From a bacterium (GTDB lineage: Bacteria > UBA8248), in NCBI GenBank assembly GCA_965204535.1, contig CBDBEV010000001.1, forward strand, positions 1,088,001-1,152,000: DNA of 64,000 nucleotides, read 5' to 3'. Positions 39,382-48,942 of the stretch are shown in pieces. How positions within the stretch are numbered: position 1 is the first letter of the stretch; the number at the start of each line of letters is the position of its first letter. Made by a program: the position numbers and the translations under genes. The notes under the pieces are model-generated. The model was not told the origin of the DNA and made no database searches. It was given only the letters and a program-made list of their open reading frames with translations.

Positions 39382-40897
39382 GGGCCTGTTGAAAAACCCC
39401 TGGTTTTGTGATCGTATGGATGTATTCCCCCTCGCCCGAGATGGGAGTTCCGGAGATGTTGGACCGCAAGAGGCGCGAGCAGATGGACTTGTTCGTGGCC
39501 GGCCCGCTGGAGAAGTTGATTCCCGAAGATCACATATTGCGCCAGGTGGACCGCGTACTGGATTTGAGTTGGCTTCGCGAGGAAGTGGCGGAGTGCTATT
39601 GCGCGGACAACGGTCGACCGGGGATCGACCCGGAAGTGGTGATCCGGTTGATGCTGGCGGGCCTGCTGCTGGGCTACGCGGAGGATCGCCGCCTGCTGCG
39701 CGAGGCGCAGGCGCATCTGGCGGTCCGGTGGTTCATCGGGTACAGGCTGGACGAGGATTTGCCGGATCATTCGAGCCTGACGCGTATCCGTCAACGCTGG
39801 GGGGAGGAGCGGTTCAAGGAGATATTTCGGCGCACGGTTCAGTCTTGCGTGGAGGCGAAGGTGGCGAAGGGAGAAGTGGTTCACATGGACGCGTCTTTGA
39901 TACGCGCGGACGTGAGCTGGGAGAGTCTGGCGGAGCGCCACGCGGAGAAGGTGGTGCGGGAGAACGACTCGGAGGATGAGACGGGGAAGAAGGGCGGCGG
40001 CGGGGGTTCGGGTCCGGTGAGCCGAACGGACCCCGACGCGCGCCTGGCGCGCAAGAGCGCTCGGGCGGGGTTCGAGCCGAGCTATAAGCACCACGCGGTG
40101 GTGGACGACGAGCGTGGGGTGGTTCTCGACGTAGAGGTGACGGAGGGGACGTTGAACGAGCGGAAGATGATGGAGCCGCAGTTGGATGCGGTTTGCGAGC
40201 TCACGGGTCGCGCGCCCGCGGTGGTGACGGCGGATAGTGGTTATGCGTATTCGAAGGTGTACGGCGCATTGGAGCGTCGGGGGGTCGCCGCGCTGATACC
40301 GGCGAAGAAGGAACCCACCCAGAGCCGGGTGCCGTTGCAACTGTTCCGCTACGACGAGCGGAATGAGGTGGTGAAGTGTCCGGGGGGCAAGACGCTGCGC
40401 CCCCGGAAGGAGACGGAGCGGGGGCGCTGGTATGTATCGAGGACCCGCGATTGCGCGGGTTGCGCGCTCAAGGCCGATTGTCTGTCGGCGTCTCGCACGA
40501 GCAGGGCGGTTCTGATTCCGCACGAGTATCCGGCGCTGTTGCGCGCGCGCCGTCGCCACGCGCGCCGGGGGGAGGAGGAGGGCCGGCTGTGGCGCCGCCA
40601 CATGTCGCGTTCGGAGGGCTATCACGGCGAGGCGAAGAGTCGGCACGGACTGGCGCGGGCGGTACGCCGGGGTCTTGCGAACGTGAAGATCCAGGCCTAC
40701 CTGACGGCGACTGCGGTGAACCTCAAGCGGCTCGCCGCCGCTGTGGCCGCGGGTTTATTCGCTCTGTGGCGGGCCTGGGCCGCCCGGAAACGCCGAATGA
40801 GCGCATATCGCGGCCTCACGCGCCGATTGGGCTTCCTCTCCCAGGCCGCGTGAGCCGCCATACATCCCGCTTCAAAACGGGGTTTTTCAACAGCCCC
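39382..40897 (+). mobile_element. IS1182-family insertion sequence, copy 2 (diverged isoform)
   Basis: Same IRL and IRR as copy 1; flanks TTGAG | CTCAA are inverted rather than direct. Confidence 0.92.
39456..40853 (+). CDS. IS1182-family transposase
   Basis: Colinear with 23385-24776, with scattered substitutions and a 2-Gly insertion. Confidence 0.93.
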   Translation: MLDRKRREQMDLFVAGPLEKLIPEDHILRQVDRVLDLSWLREEVAECYCADNGRPGIDPEVVIRLMLAGLLLGYAEDRRLLREAQAHLAVRWFIGYRLDEDLPDHSSLTRIRQRWGEERFKEIFRRTVQSCVEAKVAKGEVVHMDASLIRADVSWESLAERHAEKVVRENDSEDETGKKGGGGGSGPVSRTDPDARLARKSARAGFEPSYKHHAVVDDERGVVLDVEVTEGTLNERKMMEPQLDAVCELTGRAPAVVTADSGYAYSKVYGALERRGVAALIPAKKEPTQSRVPLQLFRYDERNEVVKCPGGKTLRPRKETERGRWYVSRTRDCAGCALKADCLSASRTSRAVLIPHEYPALLRARRRHARRGEEEGRLWRRHMSRSEGYHGEAKSRHGLARAVRRGLANVKIQAYLTATAVNLKRLAAAVAAGLFALWRAWAARKRRMSAYRGLTRRLGFLSQAA

Positions 40898-40958
40898 CTC
40901 AAGGGGGGAGTGAAATTCAAAAACTTGCACTCAACCAAAATCGCTCCACGGGACTTTT

Positions 40959-42068
40959 TCAACAACCCCCTGACTGCCCGGCTCCCTTTAGAGCCGCCAG
41001 GATTCTATCCCTCGCCTCCCGGTGCGCCTCACACCCGATAACCTCGAGCATCTCCGCGCGCCAGTTCGGGCGGCAGTAGCTCTCCTTGAGCCTGCGTATC
41101 CGATCCGATGAGGCTTCTTCCTGTTCCAGGGGGAGGTCTCCTTCCCGGATCGTCCGTGTGATAGCGTCGCAGGCCGCCTCTTGCGCGTCTTCCAAGTGGC
41201 AGATGAGGGCGATGTCGGCCCCGGAGAGGATGCTTTGAAGCGCGGCCTCTGCGGGGTCGTCTATCGCGCCCATGTCCAGGTCGTCGGTGATGGAGAGGCC
41301 CCGGAAACCGAGTTCTCCCCGCAGGATGTTTTGGAGAAAAACCGGGGACAGGCTCGCAGGAGTCGTTTCGTCTATGGCCTCGAAAACGGCGTGGGCGGCC
41401 ATGACGCAGGCGGGCGGCGCGCGGCGGATCAAGTGTTGAAAGGGTTTCAACTCGCGCGTTCTTAAATCTTGGAGCGTGAGGCGTGAGGCCGGCAGCACCT
41501 CGTGTGGGTCGGGCGCCATGTCGCCGATGCCGGGGAAATGCTTGGCGCACGCGGCGACGCCCTCCTCCTGAAGGCCGGTGGTTACGGACGCGCCCATCAG
41601 TCCGACGACTTCCGGCGTTTCGCCAAAGGCGCGGTCGCCGATGACGGCGCATTCGGGGTCCGTGAGGATGTCCGCGACGGGCGCGAAGTTGACGTTCACG
41701 CCTATGGCCTCTAATTCAGCGCCAGTGACCCTTGCCGCCTCTCGCGCGAGGGCGGGTTCGCCCGCGTCCCCGAAGCCCCGCGCCGCCGGGAAGGTCGTGA
41801 AATCGTCCGACAGCCGGCTCACGCGCCCGCCTTCCTGGTCGATTCCGATGAGAAGGGGGGCTTCGAGCGGCGAGGCGAGGGCGGCTTCTTGCAAGGTGGC
41901 GATGAGGGCGGCGGTCTGCGCGGCGGACTCGATGTTCCGCCCGAAGAGGATGACGCCGCCGACTCTCCCCGCGCGGACGCGCGCCAGGAGCGAGGCCGGG
42001 GCGGCGGTTCCCTCGAAACCGGCCATGATGCGCTGACCGGCCCTGGCCTCCGGCGTCTCCTCACTCAT
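40959..42068 (-). CDS. nagZ: beta-N-acetylhexosaminidase (GH3)
   Basis: GGVILFGRN, IDQEGGRVSRL, NFAPVAD, KHFPGIG, ITDDLDMGA. Confidence 0.9.
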   Translation of the reverse strand: MSEETPEARAGQRIMAGFEGTAAPASLLARVRAGRVGGVILFGRNIESAAQTAALIATLQEAALASPLEAPLLIGIDQEGGRVSRLSDDFTTFPAARGFGDAGEPALAREAARVTGAELEAIGVNVNFAPVADILTDPECAVIGDRAFGETPEVVGLMGASVTTGLQEEGVAACAKHFPGIGDMAPDPHEVLPASRLTLQDLRTRELKPFQHLIRRAPPACVMAAHAVFEAIDETTPASLSPVFLQNILRGELGFRGLSITDDLDMGAIDDPAEAALQSILSGADIALICHLEDAQEAACDAITRTIREGDLPLEQEEASSDRIRRLKESYCRPNWRAEMLEVIGCEAHREARDRILAALKGAGQSGGC

Positions 42069-42075
42069 GCGCGCC

Positions 42076-42768
42076 CTAGCCTTCGCGCATCCGCGTGATG
42101 ACGAACGACTCCGCTATCGGGAAGCCCGCCGCGCGGCCTGCGTCTTCAAGCCGCTGGCGCGTGCGCTTCTCGAAGGCTTCGGGGTTTTTGATCTGGCACT
42201 TGTGCGCGCACACCGCGCGGACTTTCACGTCGAAGGTCTCCGTGATGTCCACGAAGAAATTCGGCTCGCGCGTGTTGAGAAAGAGCAGGTTCTTCGTGTG
42301 GTGCGCGCCGATGCCGGCGTAGGTGAGTTCGGGCAGGAAATGGTGGTCCCGCGCATAGACCACCGCCTTGAACGTGGCGTGGCCGATGGCCTGGTGGTCG
42401 GGGTGCTGGTAGTAGGTGCGCCAGGGGTCGTGGGTGAGGATGGTGTCGGGCTTGAAGTGGCGTATCAGGAAGGCGATCTGGTTCCGGAACGCGCGCGTGT
42501 CCTCGAGTTCCCCGTCGCGGTGGCGCAGGAACAGCGTCTCCTCGACGCCGAGGATGCGGGAGGCTTCGAGTTGTTCCGCCTCGCGGATCCTGGCGAGGTC
42601 GAAGGGGCTGACCTCATCTTTCGTGCCCTTGTCCCCGTTCGTGCAGACGACCGTCCGCACGGTCGCGCCCTCCCGCGTCCAGCGGGCGATACTGCCTCCC
42701 GCGGACAGTTCCGCATCGTCGGGGTGGGCGACGACGACGAGTATTTCCCTAAACTCTTCTTGACTCAA
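42076..42768 (-). CDS. PIG-L/LmbE-family deacetylase (MshB/BshB-like)
   Basis: AHPDDAE, TNGDKG, HPDH motifs. Confidence 0.9.
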   Translation of the reverse strand: MSQEEFREILVVVAHPDDAELSAGGSIARWTREGATVRTVVCTNGDKGTKDEVSPFDLARIREAEQLEASRILGVEETLFLRHRDGELEDTRAFRNQIAFLIRHFKPDTILTHDPWRTYYQHPDHQAIGHATFKAVVYARDHHFLPELTYAGIGAHHTKNLLFLNTREPNFFVDITETFDVKVRAVCAHKCQIKNPEAFEKRTRQRLEDAGRAAGFPIAESFVITRMREG

Positions 42769-42786
42769 TTCCGTTTCCTTCCGTGT

Positions 42787-44091
42787 CTATGAAGCGTGTG
42801 GTGATGAGAGCGCGGCCCCCTGGCGCAGGCGCGCCCAGATATCGAGTTCCGCCTCCGCGACCCGCCTCCAGGCGAACGATTCCGCCCATTCAAGCGCCGC
42901 TCGATTGGGACGCTCACGGGGGTTTTCGAGGGCTTGGATCATCTTCTGTGCATAGGCGTGAATATCGCCGTCCGCGATGAGGTGGCCGCTTTTGCCCTCA
43001 CTCACCGCCTGGGAGAGGCCTCCCACATCGAAGGCGAGCGTCGGCAGTCCGCACGCGGCCGCCTCGACAGCCGTCATGCCGAAGCTCTCGTAGCGCGAGG
43101 GCAACGCGAAGACGTCGGCGGCGGAATAATAAAGCGGCAAATCCTCCTGCGGCTTCGCGCCCAGGAAGGTGATGCGGTCCGCGATTCCGAGTTTGCCTGC
43201 CAGGTCTTCCAGACGCGCGACTTCCGCCCCCTGGGCGGGAGAGGCGAAATCCGCTGCGCGATAGCTTGCCCCGGCTCTCACCGCGCCTTCTTTTATCTCA
43301 CCGCCCAGGTGCAAAAGACGCGCATCGAGTTCCGGTCGTTCTTTGTGCATGACGGCGAAGGTCTCGACGAGTCGGTCGAGACCCTTCACGCGCTCGATGC
43401 GGCCCACACTCAGGATGTATGCGGGGTCGGGCTTGAGACCCAGCCGCGCGCGCGCCTCGGCTTTTGGATGGGGTCTGAACGTATCGGGGTCCACGCCGCA
43501 GGGGACGACGTGGATTTCCGACCCGCCCGATATTTCGCTGATTGCGCGCGCCTCGGCGGGCGATGAGGCCAGAACCGCGTCCGCCGCTCCCGCAAGCCGG
43601 GGTTCGCTCGCCAGCCGCATATCCGACTCGCGCCTTGTGTCACGCGGCAGCGCGTCGTTTTTAAGCGCGGCCAGGGTGTGGAAGCGGAGAGCGAGGGGAA
43701 CGCCCCACGTTTTGGCGAGCATCTCGCCCGCAAGGCCCGAAAGCCAGTAGTGGGCGGAAACGCCGTCGTAGGAGATTCCGTTTTCTTGCGCGAATGCGAG
43801 TATTCCCTCAGCGAAGGCGTCGGCGTGTTCGACTTGCGCGTCCTTATCGAGTCTTATCCTGGGCCCCGCCTCGACCCGGATGAGGCGGGCCCCCGCCGCG
43901 ATGGAGACCTCTCTGGCGGACGAGTCCGACTCCAGTCGTGTGAAGACGTCCGCACCGACGCCCAAGCTTGCGAGCGCCTTCGCCACCTCGCGGGCGTAGA
44001 CGTTCATCCCGCCCGTGAAGTCGCCCCCCAGGGGAGCCAAGGGGTCGGTGTGCATCGAGAGGATGGCGAGACGGGCGGCCTCGGGCCTCAT
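42787..44091 (-). CDS. GT4 glycosyltransferase, MshA-like
   Basis: LSMHTDPLAPLGGDFTGGMNVY, AHYWLSG, VGRIERVKG, PSRYESFGMTAVEAAACG. Confidence 0.85.
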   Translation of the reverse strand: MRPEAARLAILSMHTDPLAPLGGDFTGGMNVYAREVAKALASLGVGADVFTRLESDSSAREVSIAAGARLIRVEAGPRIRLDKDAQVEHADAFAEGILAFAQENGISYDGVSAHYWLSGLAGEMLAKTWGVPLALRFHTLAALKNDALPRDTRRESDMRLASEPRLAGAADAVLASSPAEARAISEISGGSEIHVVPCGVDPDTFRPHPKAEARARLGLKPDPAYILSVGRIERVKGLDRLVETFAVMHKERPELDARLLHLGGEIKEGAVRAGASYRAADFASPAQGAEVARLEDLAGKLGIADRITFLGAKPQEDLPLYYSAADVFALPSRYESFGMTAVEAAACGLPTLAFDVGGLSQAVSEGKSGHLIADGDIHAYAQKMIQALENPRERPNRAALEWAESFAWRRVAEAELDIWARLRQGAALSSPHAS

Positions 44092-45107
44092 CGCGCGCTC
44101 CTCTCGATTTGGATGCGCATCACGCGCTCATCCTGTGCGCCGAAGCGGTACTTGTAGGCCTCATCGCCCCTCAAGAGGTCGAAGCTGGAGCGCCCCGCCT
44201 GAATCGCTTCTTCCACGTTGTGGGCGAGCAGCACCAGTCCCCCGCTCAGTTCGTGCTCCACCGGGTCGAAGCCCGAGTTGTAGAGATATATCCTGTCGCC
44301 GTAATCGAAAGAGAGATTGGCCGCGACGGGGTGGCCGTCCACGCGCATGATCGAAAGTTCCAGGCAGCCGAGTTCGAGCATCGCCCGGGTCACGTCTTCG
44401 AAAAAGGCCCTCCTGTCCGCGTTCCAGAAGTCCGCCTTCTCCGGCTGGCTCAGCGCATGGAGAGTGATGAAGTCTTCCAGATCGGAGGCGAGCGCGTCCG
44501 CCGATTCCGTCCGCTCGTATTCCAGCCCTGCCTCCATGTTGGCCTTGCGTATCTTCCGCCTCAGGTCGCGCTCGTCTTTCGGCGCGAGCATCCCGGTGTA
44601 TTCATCCCACGAGTCGGGAAGCGCGATGACGGGACAGACTTCTTCTTCTGTCACCGAGGCCGCCCCGCCCGCCAACTCCTCTATCGCCGCGACCGTGGGG
44701 GAGGTTTCGGGAATTCCGCGCAGGGAGAGTTCACGCCAATCGGGCGCGTCCGCTTCTTCAAGGACGGCGAGAACCGCCCGCCAGCAGGCGAGGTGCGCCC
44801 CGTCCGCGGCGATGATGTCGAGGTAATCGGAGAGGTCGTCCCCGCCCGTCAGGCGCAGCCGCCCGCCCTCGCTCAGGACGAAGGGCGCCACGCCCGTGAG
44901 CGCGCCGTTCTCATCGCGCAGGGCGTAGACGCGGAGTTCGCCCGCGCCGAAGTTCCGCCACCACGCGGCGTGCCACGCGGGGTCGTAGAACGGGTGCGCG
45001 TGGGCGGAGCGCGCCATCAGCGCGCGCCATTCGGCTTCCAGACCCGTGAACGCCTCGGGCGAGGTGAATGTTTCTATCTGCAATGAGGAGCATGAGCTTT
45101 GCGACAT
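44088..45107 (-). CDS. GNAT-family protein, CelD/BcsL (Acetyltransf_6, Fem-like) type
   Basis: LEAEWRAL, PFYDPAWHAAWW, SDYLD, YLYNSGFD, FDLLRGDEAYKYRFG. Confidence 0.85.
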   Translation of the reverse strand: MSQSSCSSLQIETFTSPEAFTGLEAEWRALMARSAHAHPFYDPAWHAAWWRNFGAGELRVYALRDENGALTGVAPFVLSEGGRLRLTGGDDLSDYLDIIAADGAHLACWRAVLAVLEEADAPDWRELSLRGIPETSPTVAAIEELAGGAASVTEEEVCPVIALPDSWDEYTGMLAPKDERDLRRKIRKANMEAGLEYERTESADALASDLEDFITLHALSQPEKADFWNADRRAFFEDVTRAMLELGCLELSIMRVDGHPVAANLSFDYGDRIYLYNSGFDPVEHELSGGLVLLAHNVEEAIQAGRSSFDLLRGDEAYKYRFGAQDERVMRIQIERSAR

Positions 45108-45157
45108 CGGGATTCCTTCGCATCCATCGCGCCCGCGGGCGCGCGTTGATTCCGCCG

Positions 45158-45751
45158 CTACGCGAACTCAAGACCTACGAACGTGGCCGTCGGGTGTCCC
45201 TCCAGGGGGTCCGAGAGGTTCGAGCGGCTGAAGACGAAAAACCGGTTGTAGTAGAGCGTCTGAAACTGGAGGAAGCCCGCCTTGTCCACGCCGCGCCTCG
45301 AAGCCGTGTTGCTCGCCTCCACGAAGATGAGAGAGCGCGCGAGACCCAGCCCCTCGGCGTATTCGAGCGCGCGCCTGAGCACGGCGGGATAGAGGTTCCG
45401 CCCCCGCCAGGGCTCCAGCGTGAAGGCGTCGTAGAGATAGATTTCCTTGGCGTCGGGCTTCACGGCCTTGTCGATCTCCTCCACGCCCACCACGCCGCGC
45501 GCGCCCCAGATGTAGCTCACCGCCTTGCCGTCCTCCAGTGCGACGAAGCACTTCTCGCCCCGCTCGAAGCGCCGCGCCGTCAGGCTCTCGCCCTGGACGT
45601 CGGTGATGAGGTGGCGGTTCTCCGACGCGGCTTCGAGGATGATGTGCTCGACTTCAATCCTCGCCTCGCTCGGCGGTATTTCTTCGGTGTGCAGAAAGTC
45701 GTAGAGACAAAGCTCCACCGACATGAGGAACGTGTTTTTGAGGAAATCCAA
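45158..45751 (-). CDS. GNAT-family N-acetyltransferase
   Basis: YLYDAFTLEPWRGRNL acetyl-CoA motif A, NTASRRGVDKAGF. Confidence 0.82.
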   Translation of the reverse strand: MDFLKNTFLMSVELCLYDFLHTEEIPPSEARIEVEHIILEAASENRHLITDVQGESLTARRFERGEKCFVALEDGKAVSYIWGARGVVGVEEIDKAVKPDAKEIYLYDAFTLEPWRGRNLYPAVLRRALEYAEGLGLARSLIFVEASNTASRRGVDKAGFLQFQTLYYNRFFVFSRSNLSDPLEGHPTATFVGLEFA

Positions 45752-45766
45752 AAGGGAATGACTCCT

Positions 45767-46789
45767 TTACTTGAGAAGCGCGTCCAGGTAAGGCTTGAGC
45801 GAAGCATGAAGAGGCCCCAAGTCCCTCCTTTTTTCGAAATGTTTCTCCACCATCCGGACGGTATGCGGAATGCTCTCCAGATAGCGTTCCGCCCCGCGGG
45901 CCGCCTTTTGATAGGCGAACGTGCCGATGGCTTTCAGGTTTCGTTGTATGGCTGTCCCGCGCAGGGCGCGTTCGTATTCTTCTTTAGCCGAGAAGAGGCG
46001 TTGGCCGCAAGTCTCCCAGTAGCGATTGATGAGGTAATCCTGTGCGCCGACTCCCAAATCGACGTAGCTGTCGAAGACGAGAGAGGCCAAATCGTAGGTA
46101 GCCGGTCCCATGCGCGCGTCCTGAAAATCGATGGCGATCACCGCATCACCCAGCACCATCAGGTTCCTGCTGTGGTAGTCGCGGTGCGTGAGGCGAAAGG
46201 GAATCCGGCAGATTTCCCCGCACAATTCGCGAAAGGCTGAATCCAGCGCGTGCTCATCCGTCGCCATCCCCAGAAGTTTCTCGAAAGCGTATTTGCGCGT
46301 GTGGTGGAGTTCGTTCGTGAAAAATTCCGCGTCGAAGCGCCGCGCCAGCGCGATTCTCCCGCCTGCGGACGAGGTCGGCGCCTCCTGCATAAGGGTCATC
46401 ATATCGAGCGCGGCGTCGTAAAACGGCCTGGCTTCCTCCCATCCCCCGCCTCGCCATGCGTCTTCGAGCGATTCATCGCCGCAGTCTTCCAGGAGGATCA
46501 CGCCCGCCGCCTCGTCCATCCCGAAAATCTCAGGGACCCTGACGCCGATCTCACCAAAATGCGCGCACACGTCGATGAAGGGGAGCGTCTCTTTCGTGAA
46601 GGGCTCGGGCATGATCATGCCGACCGAACTCGGCCGCGAACCGCCAGGGTGAGTGAGGCGGGCGTAGTCGCGCGTCGAGGCGTCGCCCGGAAGCGGCGTG
46701 AGCGAAGAGACCCCGGCGCCGAAATAATCCTGCGCCAGTGTTTTCAGTCGCTCGTGCGCACGGGTCTGCTCCGCGAGGTTCGCCTTCAT
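45767..46789 (-). CDS. APH-family phosphotransferase, AmgK-like (anomeric MurNAc/GlcNAc kinase)
   Basis: LPGDASTRDYAR, LLEDCGD, HRDYHSRNLM, IDFQDARMGPATYDLASL, QRNLKAIGTF; ATG 46789 overlaps the upstream stop. Confidence 0.85.
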   Translation of the reverse strand: MKANLAEQTRAHERLKTLAQDYFGAGVSSLTPLPGDASTRDYARLTHPGGSRPSSVGMIMPEPFTKETLPFIDVCAHFGEIGVRVPEIFGMDEAAGVILLEDCGDESLEDAWRGGGWEEARPFYDAALDMMTLMQEAPTSSAGGRIALARRFDAEFFTNELHHTRKYAFEKLLGMATDEHALDSAFRELCGEICRIPFRLTHRDYHSRNLMVLGDAVIAIDFQDARMGPATYDLASLVFDSYVDLGVGAQDYLINRYWETCGQRLFSAKEEYERALRGTAIQRNLKAIGTFAYQKAARGAERYLESIPHTVRMVEKHFEKRRDLGPLHASLKPYLDALLK

Positions 46790-47637
46790 GCGGGACTCGG
46801 CTTGATATGTGGAGTGAGCGTCTTCATGGCGCGCGCCGCTGCGGCCAGCGTCTCGGCGTAAGGCTCGTCTTTTCTTCTGAGTTCGAGCGCGAGCGTTCCC
46901 GAGTAGCCATCCGCATCGAGCGCCACGAAGAAAGAGGCCCACTCGAACGCGCCCTCGCCGGGTATCAGGTGCGCGTCGCTTCGCCCGTCGTTGTCGTGCA
47001 AGTGCGCCGCGATGCACATGGGCGCCAGCCGCTCGACGGCCTTTTGGGTCTTATCTCCCTCGGTGATGAGGGCGTGGCCGGTATCGATGCAGATTTTGAG
47101 CCTCGGGTGGTCGATGCGGGAGACGAAATCGGCGAGCGGCTCCGCGCGGCCCAGGGCGGAGGGGATGTTCTCAAGCGCAAGGATGGCGTCGGTCTCCTCC
47201 GCCACTGGGAGAAGCCGCGTGATGCTCGCTTCCAGCGCCTCGCAGGTGTCCCCGTCCCCCGCTTTACCCGGCGCGCTCGGATGGATCACGGCGACGCGCG
47301 CGCCCAGGGGGCGGAAGGCGCGCAGGGCGCTTGTCGTTTTCTGGAGCGCTTCTGCGCGGGCATCTGCATCTGGATCAGCGAGGGAGAGCCAGCGTCCTTT
47401 TCTGGCCTCGCTTAAATCCGCATAAAAAGGCGCATGGAAGGAGGATACGGAAAGGGAGAGATCGTTCATCCAGCCTTTGAGCGATTCAAGCCTGTCTTCG
47501 TCCTCCACGTCGAAATTGGGCGTCATCGCCCACAACTCGATTTTCGAGAAACCGGCCTCGGCCGCTTCTTTTAAGTGCTCGAAGCGGAGAGATTCATAGG
47601 CGAACAGGTGCGCGGAGAGGGCGTAGTCGGATGCCAA
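46786..47637 (-). CDS. sugar phosphate isomerase/epimerase (xylose isomerase-like TIM barrel)
   Basis: FHAPF, LALEN, IDTGHA, HLHDNDGRSDAHLIPGEG, LALE. Confidence 0.85.
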   Translation of the reverse strand: MASDYALSAHLFAYESLRFEHLKEAAEAGFSKIELWAMTPNFDVEDEDRLESLKGWMNDLSLSVSSFHAPFYADLSEARKGRWLSLADPDADARAEALQKTTSALRAFRPLGARVAVIHPSAPGKAGDGDTCEALEASITRLLPVAEETDAILALENIPSALGRAEPLADFVSRIDHPRLKICIDTGHALITEGDKTQKAVERLAPMCIAAHLHDNDGRSDAHLIPGEGAFEWASFFVALDADGYSGTLALELRRKDEPYAETLAAAARAMKTLTPHIKPSPA

Positions 47638-47731
47638 GGGATTTCCTTCGGCGAGGGGGCGGTGAAGTCCGCTTGATGGGGCGCGATTATACGCCCTTCA
47701 AGATAAGAGCGGCAACGCGGGGACGGATGCG

Positions 47732-47890
47732 GGGGGTGTTGGAAAAGCCCCCCGATGTGGGAAAACCACCGTCATTCCGGCGGAAGCCGGAATGACGAAC
47801 AAAGCCGAATCGCATCTGTAGCGGACGGGCCCCTGTGCCTGTCCGAGGTCACGACCTGTCCCTGCGGGGTCGGTGGCCGGAATGACGAGT
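47732..47890. repeat. degenerate IS1182-like left end followed by REP hairpins
   Basis: GGGGGTGTTGGAAAAGCCC then CGTCATTCCGGCGGAAGCCGGAATGACG and GGACGGGCCCCTGTGCCTGTCC; right end not found. Confidence 0.55.
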
Positions 47891-48007
47891 GTTGTGATCT
47901 CTCCGAAAGGATGGCGTAGGGGCGCTTCGTCAAGCGTCAGAAGAACGATGCGGCCGATGCGGAGGCGATCTGCGAGGCGTGGGAACTGGTCCCGCCCGAC
48001 GATGCGC

Positions 48008-48859
48008 TCAAAGGCCCGAGAGGCCGTACATCGCCACGGCCGCCGCAACGATGCTCGAAAGCACTGTCACCACGCCGCAGAGGCGGCGTAGAAAAACTCC
48101 TGTTCCCCGACCGCTTCCGGAAGGGAACATGCGGCTTGTCAGGCCGGGCGCGAACGTGGCCGCCGCCAGTGTGAAGGCAGCGGCGCCCATCCACAGGAAC
48201 CCCGCGTCCGCCCCGCCGCCGGCCCACAGATACAGCAGGGTTATTCCCGAAAACGCCTGGAACGCGAGCCAGAACATCCCCTGGAGCAAGACGGAGAAAT
48301 CCCCTTCCAGGTACCGCTCGCCGCGGCCCTCCAGGGCGCGCGACGCAGCCGCGGCCGCACGGGCACGCCACGCTTTATCCCCTCCCTCCGCTCCTGTGCG
48401 CAGGAAGTCGAACAACCACAGGCGGCGGTACTCGATATCGATGTGCTGTCCCCCGTCATAAATCCGCACGTGGTAGCTTCTGATCACGTCAAGCAGGGGC
48501 GCATGTTTGCGCTTCATCTCCTCGATTATGCTCTCCACGCTCTCGAACTCGCGCCGCGCCCAGCCGGGGAAATGCACCGTGTACCGGGCGAGTACCACGC
48601 CGGGTTCGTCGAACTCCTCCGCCAGGATCGAGCAGACCTCGTCCATCGCATCGGGGTTCAAGGGAACCGGAGCGGGTTTCTCCGGGGGCCGGGGCCATTT
48701 GCGCACGAGGTACCACTTGCGCATGAGGGGTTCGCTCCTCGCGGGCGGTAGTAAGCTTCTCCAAGCCTGCCACACCCGGCAGAGGAGGGAAAGCACCCCC
48801 GTCCTCGTGCGGTCGCCTCCCTGCAAAGGAACGAAGGAGCCATGGCGGTTCACATACAC
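48008..48859 (-). CDS. hypothetical membrane protein
   Basis: Long ORF with three C-terminal hydrophobic segments; start uncertain. Confidence 0.5.
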   Translation of the reverse strand: MYVNRHGSFVPLQGGDRTRTGVLSLLCRVWQAWRSLLPPARSEPLMRKWYLVRKWPRPPEKPAPVPLNPDAMDEVCSILAEEFDEPGVVLARYTVHFPGWARREFESVESIIEEMKRKHAPLLDVIRSYHVRIYDGGQHIDIEYRRLWLFDFLRTGAEGGDKAWRARAAAAASRALEGRGERYLEGDFSVLLQGMFWLAFQAFSGITLLYLWAGGGADAGFLWMGAAAFTLAAATFAPGLTSRMFPSGSGRGTGVFLRRLCGVVTVLSSIVAAAVAMYGLSGL

Positions 48860-48942
48860 CCGAAGCCGTTAAATTCGGACCGTCGGCAGGCCGGACCCCG
48901 GGGGAGGGTTTCAGGAAATCCGGCACGGGTAACCGATGGGAT

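Larger units (their letters stand above)
39115..40970. mobile_element. nested non-autonomous IS1182-ended elements enclosing IS1182 copy 2
   Basis: Left ends GGGGCTGTTGAAAAAGTCC (39115) and GGGGTTGTTGAAAAAGTCC (39301), right end GGACTTTTTCAACAACCCC (40951-40969); TGAC on both outer flanks. Confidence 0.7.

Noticed and set aside
48860-48935. Hairpins upstream of the membrane-protein gene considered as a riboswitch
   Set aside because: No match to riboswitch consensus cores I can recognise; needs an Rfam scan.
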